A DNA stretch of 32,000 bases from an uncultured Methanobrevibacter sp. (lineage in GTDB: Archaea; Methanobacteriota; Methanobacteria; Methanobacteriales; Methanobacteriaceae), in NCBI RefSeq assembly GCF_902801725.1, contig NZ_CADCJB010000013.1, forward strand, positions 11,302 through 43,301. The letters are read 5' to 3'. The position numbers and the translations under genes were made by a program. This document shows, in pieces, positions 29,126 to 32,000 of the stretch; position 1 is the stretch's first letter, and the number at the start of each line of letters is the position of its first letter. The notes under the pieces are model-generated. The model ran no database searches, was not told the DNA's origin, and saw only the letters and a list, made by a program, of their open reading frames with translations.

Positions 29126-29833
29126 ATGGATGCAATTAATATTTTATGGCAACTTGGGATATTGTCAGCGGTTTTAATTTTTGGAGTCAAATTGGGCCTT
29201 GCTACAGGCCTTGCGAACATGTCAAAAAAGTATTTGGCATTGGTGTCAATAGGATATGGTGGGGGAGTTTTAGTACTCACAGAAATTTCTTCATTCTTCA
29301 CAGATCAAATCACTGATTTGATTTATACTTATAACTTTGAATTTTTCCTGATTATGGCGATAATCATGATTTTAGCGGGAATATTTACAATAAGGGAGTA
29401 TAAGGTATTTGAAAAAAATACCACTGCAGCCACTTGTATGGCGGTCGTTGCTCCATGTCCTTGTTGTTTTGGTTCTATTATTGTGAGTATAATGCTTGTA
29501 GCGCCTACTGTAGGTTTAGGGTTGATGAATTTAAGTGTAATCGTAGCTTTGGCGTTAGTTTTAACAATTGTTGTAACTTATTACGCATCAAATTACCTCG
29601 TAAAATTCATTAATAAGCCTTATCCAATAGTATTGGGCAATTTCATGTTCTTTTTGGGAATTTACTTCCTATTGTCTGCATTGTTCTTGCCGAATATTAC
29701 TGCAATGATTCAAAATCCAATGGAAGCAATATCAATATCATCTCCATATTCTCTGATTGGAGCTTTAGTATTGGTGCTTGTTATAGTGGCTATCGGCGGA
29801 ATAATCTCTAGGAGAAACAGTAATTTTAATTAG
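29126..29833 (+). CDS. Polytopic membrane protein (DUF2162-like predicted transporter; HmuT-like position) with an intramembrane CPCC motif
   Basis: About 7 TM helices. C-x6-CPCC (TCMAVVAPCPCCFGS, 29435-29467) sits within a hydrophobic segment. SD AGGTG (29116-29120), 11 nt after the CobN-like stop. The family assignment is from memory. Confidence 0.75.
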   Translation: MDAINILWQLGILSAVLIFGVKLGLATGLANMSKKYLALVSIGYGGGVLVLTEISSFFTDQITDLIYTYNFEFFLIMAIIMILAGIFTIREYKVFEKNTTAATCMAVVAPCPCCFGSIIVSIMLVAPTVGLGLMNLSVIVALALVLTIVVTYYASNYLVKFINKPYPIVLGNFMFFLGIYFLLSALFLPNITAMIQNPMEAISISSPYSLIGALVLVLVIVAIGGIISRRNSNFN

Positions 29834-29841
29834 GTGATTTA

Positions 29842-30486
29842 ATGGTAACTACAATTCCTGGAAGTGAAATATTAACATCAACATTGAATATGATTTCACA
29901 AAGTCTGCAGATTCCTGTAATCATATTTCTGGTGGTTTTTGCAGTCTTTGCAGTACTTGCAATCGGAGGATTGATTTCTGAGTATACTTCAAGAAAGAAA
30001 ATCACTCCCGAGCTGATTGAAGAATTGATTTATTCAATATCAAATGCAACTTCTTTGGATGAAATAAAAAACGTTATTAAAAACGCTAAAATTTATGAAT
30101 CTCAAAAAGTTGTTTTAATTAAGATTTTACGTGCAAATTCCCTAACTCCAGAGTCAAGACATGCACTTGCTAAGAAACTGGTTGAATTTGAAGAAAATAA
30201 ATTTGCAAAGTCAATCGAAAGAACCGATGTTGTCACGCGTATAGGACCTACATTGGGTTTGATGGGTACATTAATTCCTATGGGTCCGGGTCTTGCTGCA
30301 TTGGGAGCTGGTGATGTAAATACGTTGGCTAATGCTATTATTGTTGCTTTTGATACAACTGTTGTAGGTATTGGTGCTGGAGCTGTAGCTTATTTTGTAT
30401 CTAAAGTAAGGCGCAGATGGTATGAAGAGTACTTGTCCAATTTGGATGCGCTTGCAGATGCATTGCTTGATAAGTTAAATCAATAA
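29842..30486 (+). CDS. MotA/TolQ/ExbB-family proton-channel protein
   Basis: Three-TM layout with a long loop after TM1. Signature RIGPTLGLMGTLIPMGPGL and TM3 AFDTTVVGIGAGAVAYF. A perfect SD AGGTGAT (29832-29838) overlaps the upstream stop. Confidence 0.85.
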   Translation: MVTTIPGSEILTSTLNMISQSLQIPVIIFLVVFAVFAVLAIGGLISEYTSRKKITPELIEELIYSISNATSLDEIKNVIKNAKIYESQKVVLIKILRANSLTPESRHALAKKLVEFEENKFAKSIERTDVVTRIGPTLGLMGTLIPMGPGLAALGAGDVNTLANAIIVAFDTTVVGIGAGAVAYFVSKVRRRWYEEYLSNLDALADALLDKLNQ

Positions 30487-30492
30487 GAGGTT

Positions 30493-30831
30493 TTGGTGAT
30501 GGTTCGAGATAAATCTAAAAAACGATTTTCAGAAGGTGAAGAGGACCCGATGGCTGGAACTTCGAATCTTGTAGATGCAATGCTTGTTATTGCAGTTGGC
30601 TTATTGATTTTCGTTGTTATAAGTTGGAATATGCAGAGTGTGGTTTTCCAGGATAATCAAAATCCGCAGAAAGCTATTGAGCAGTCTTCACCTGATGTAA
30701 CGGAAGTCAGTGAAGGACAGACATTGAATGAAACTCCGGAATCTTCAAACAGTTCTGGTCAGGGTTATATGGAAATGGGTAAAGTCTATAAAGATCCTTC
30801 AACGGGCAAGTTGATTATGGTGGAAGGTTAA
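30493..30831 (+). CDS. Bitopic ExbD/TolR-like protein (DUF2149-like; HmuV-like position)
   Basis: Single TM NLVDAMLVIAVGLLIFVVI resembles the ExbD/TolR helix (..IDVMLVLLIIF..), with Asp retained at 30574-30576. Short polar extracytoplasmic tail. The start is ambiguous (TTG 30493 / GTG 30496 / ATG 30499), after AAGAGG (30485-30490). Confidence 0.7.
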   Translation: MVMVRDKSKKRFSEGEEDPMAGTSNLVDAMLVIAVGLLIFVVISWNMQSVVFQDNQNPQKAIEQSSPDVTEVSEGQTLNETPESSNSSGQGYMEMGKVYKDPSTGKLIMVEG

Positions 30832-30833
30832 TA

Positions 30834-30986
30834 AGTAATACTTTTTACTTTTGGATTTGCTCCATTAGTATTACTTTTTTCCTCTTTTTTTTAAATAATT
30901 ATTACTTTTTTTTAAAAAAACTTTACTTTAATATATAGTTTTCTCTTTTTTAGAGCAAATAAAAAGTTTTATAAGAGTATTACTTT
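30834..30986 (+). promoter_or_regulatory. Cluster of the same AGTA-W-TACT(TTT) motif between the operon end and the adhesin-like gene
   Basis: AGTAATACTTT at 30834-30844; AGTATTACTTT at 30867-30877 and 30976-30986; degenerate ATTATTACTTT at 30898-30908. Spacings are 33, 31 and 78 bp. The last copy runs into the TATA-like TTTATAAT (30984-30991), about 85 nt upstream of ATG 31075. Confidence 0.4.
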
Positions 30987-31074
30987 ATAATAATATAATA
31001 GTATTTTTAGTAATATAATTTATATTATTTTTATTATTACTGAATACTCAAGAGAAATGTAATTGAGTGAGATT

Positions 31075-32000
31075 ATGAAAAGTAAGAGTTTAATATTTTC
31101 AATATTTTTGGTTTTCATAATTGTTATTAGTGTCAGCGCCATATCCGCTCAGGATGTGGACGATGCTATCTCTACAACTGACGATGAAACAGTAATTGGG
31201 GATTCTGAACAAGTTTCAGGTACTGTTTCAGGAGATGTGGATGTTACAACTGAAAATCCATGGACTACAAGTGGAGAATTAAGTTATGATATTCCTGCCG
31301 ATGCTAAGACAATTAAAAGTGCTGATGTTTATGTGAATGTTTATAGTGGTAGTGCAAAAAATACTCATGGTGCAAATGCAAATGTAAGTATTTCAACCGC
31401 TAATGGAAATGAAAGTTACTCTGAATCTTTATGGACTGAAGACGGTTCAGCTGACGGTACTGTTTACAAAGTAAATAATCATACTACCAAATGCTATTCC
31501 GATTTCATGGTTCATTATGATGTAACCAGTTTAGTTCAAGGATTAAATGGAAGTAATTTAAAGATTAAAGTCGATACATTTAAGATGGAAAATAAGTCAT
31601 TTGACGGTAGGATAAAACTAATCGGATTAGTTTTAGCTTATGATGATGGAGATGATGATGTAATCAATTATTTAATTGATGATAATCAAATTTGGACTAA
31701 TTCCAATATAACTATTCCTTTTAACACTTTATCATTTAATAATGTGTTTGAATCAAATCTGATTAATATTGCTCTTTCATCAGTTGATGGAACTTATAAA
31801 TTCAATAATGAATTTTTAACAGATTCCAAACATAAATCCGGTAATTATTATCAATATAATGAATGGAATGTAACTAATTATTTCAAAAACGGTCAAAACA
31901 ATGAATTGAATGTAATTCCTGGTCAAGGTTCCTACGGATCTTCTTATAAAAGTGTTCTTTCAGTATTGACCGGAAAATCTGTTATAAATTCAGCTGCTAT
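31075..32000 (+). CDS. Secreted adhesin-like protein, N-terminal part (continues beyond the window; not in the ORF track because no stop is reached)
   Basis: I translated from ATG 31075 to the window end and found no stop. Signal peptide MKSKSLIFSIFLVFIIVISVSAISAQD. The beta-rich domain (ADVYVNVYSGSAKN..., FDGRIKLIGLVLAYDDG) resembles, from memory, the DUF3344-type N-terminal domain of Methanobrevibacter adhesin-like proteins. Confidence 0.7.
   Translation, partial: MKSKSLIFSIFLVFIIVISVSAISAQDVDDAISTTDDETVIGDSEQVSGTVSGDVDVTTENPWTTSGELSYDIPADAKTIKSADVYVNVYSGSAKNTHGANANVSISTANGNESYSESLWTEDGSADGTVYKVNNHTTKCYSDFMVHYDVTSLVQGLNGSNLKIKVDTFKMENKSFDGRIKLIGLVLAYDDGDDDVINYLIDDNQIWTNSNITIPFNTLSFNNVFESNLINIALSSVDGTYKFNNEFLTDSKHKSGNYYQYNEWNVTNYFKNGQNNELNVIPGQGSYGSSYKSVLSVLTGKSVINSAA

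Noticed and set aside
29101-29301. Minus-strand 66-aa ORF across the CobN-like / membrane-protein junction
   Set aside because: It overlaps two SD-coupled plus-strand genes and is antisense to a TM-helix-coding region.
30834-31042. Possible CRISPR-like or tandem-repeat array in the 243-nt spacer
   Set aside because: The repeat units are only 9-11 bp and are palindromic and irregularly spaced (31-78 bp). No cas genes are nearby. This is better explained as protein-binding sites.
1-32000. tRNA, rRNA or other structured RNA genes, prophage or IS elements
   Set aside because: All intergenic spacers are short (under 250 nt) and uniformly AT-rich, with no GC-rich cloverleaf-like segments. No integrase, transposase or phage-like ORFs were recognised.

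Overview
This is an AT-rich archaeal chromosomal window. The gene content includes a UPF0285/methanogenesis-marker-12-like protein next to ilvC, a Fae-Hps fusion, an archaeal-type ThrRS and signal peptidase, an Sm-like protein and adhesin-like secreted proteins. Shine-Dalgarno elements match AGGTGAT. Together these point to a Methanobacteriales methanogen, most plausibly a Methanobrevibacter (inference only). No tRNA, rRNA, CRISPR array, transposase or integrase was seen.

Roughly 24 kb is ordinary core metabolism:
- hemL (3' part), signal peptidase and argS
- a minus-strand MATE-MarR-nitroreductase operon with a palindromic operator pair
- purD, a TMEM175-like membrane protein, argF and DUF2085
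- ilvB-ilvN with a translationally coupled beta-carbonic anhydrase, then ilvC
- a UPF0285-like protein, an Sm-like protein and surE
- a membrane-tethered Mrr-like protein and a polytopic membrane protein
- cbiA/cfbB, thrS, fae-hps, a zinc-ribbon protein and a repeat-containing coiled-coil protein

The stand-out locus is 24051-30831, a tightly coupled four-gene operon:
1. A 1687-aa CobN/Mg-chelatase-family protein that, unlike canonical cytoplasmic CobN, has an N-terminal signal peptide, a Ser/Thr-rich stalk and a C-terminal membrane anchor.
2. A polytopic membrane protein with an intramembrane C-x6-CPCC motif.
3. A MotA/TolQ/ExbB-family proton channel.
4. A bitopic ExbD/TolR-like protein that retains the transmembrane Asp.

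No AAA+ chelatase partner (CobS/CobT, ChlI/ChlD) and no TonB are present. I interpret this as a candidate pmf-energised, cell-surface tetrapyrrole/metal (de)chelatase-uptake system. It may be an archaeal counterpart of the Bacteroidota hmuSTUV module. It is flanked on both sides by repeated copies of a palindromic motif, AGTA-W-TACT(TTT), which also precedes the adjacent secreted adhesin-like gene (31075 to the window end).

All homology calls come from motif recognition by eye. No database search, HMM scan or structure prediction was run.
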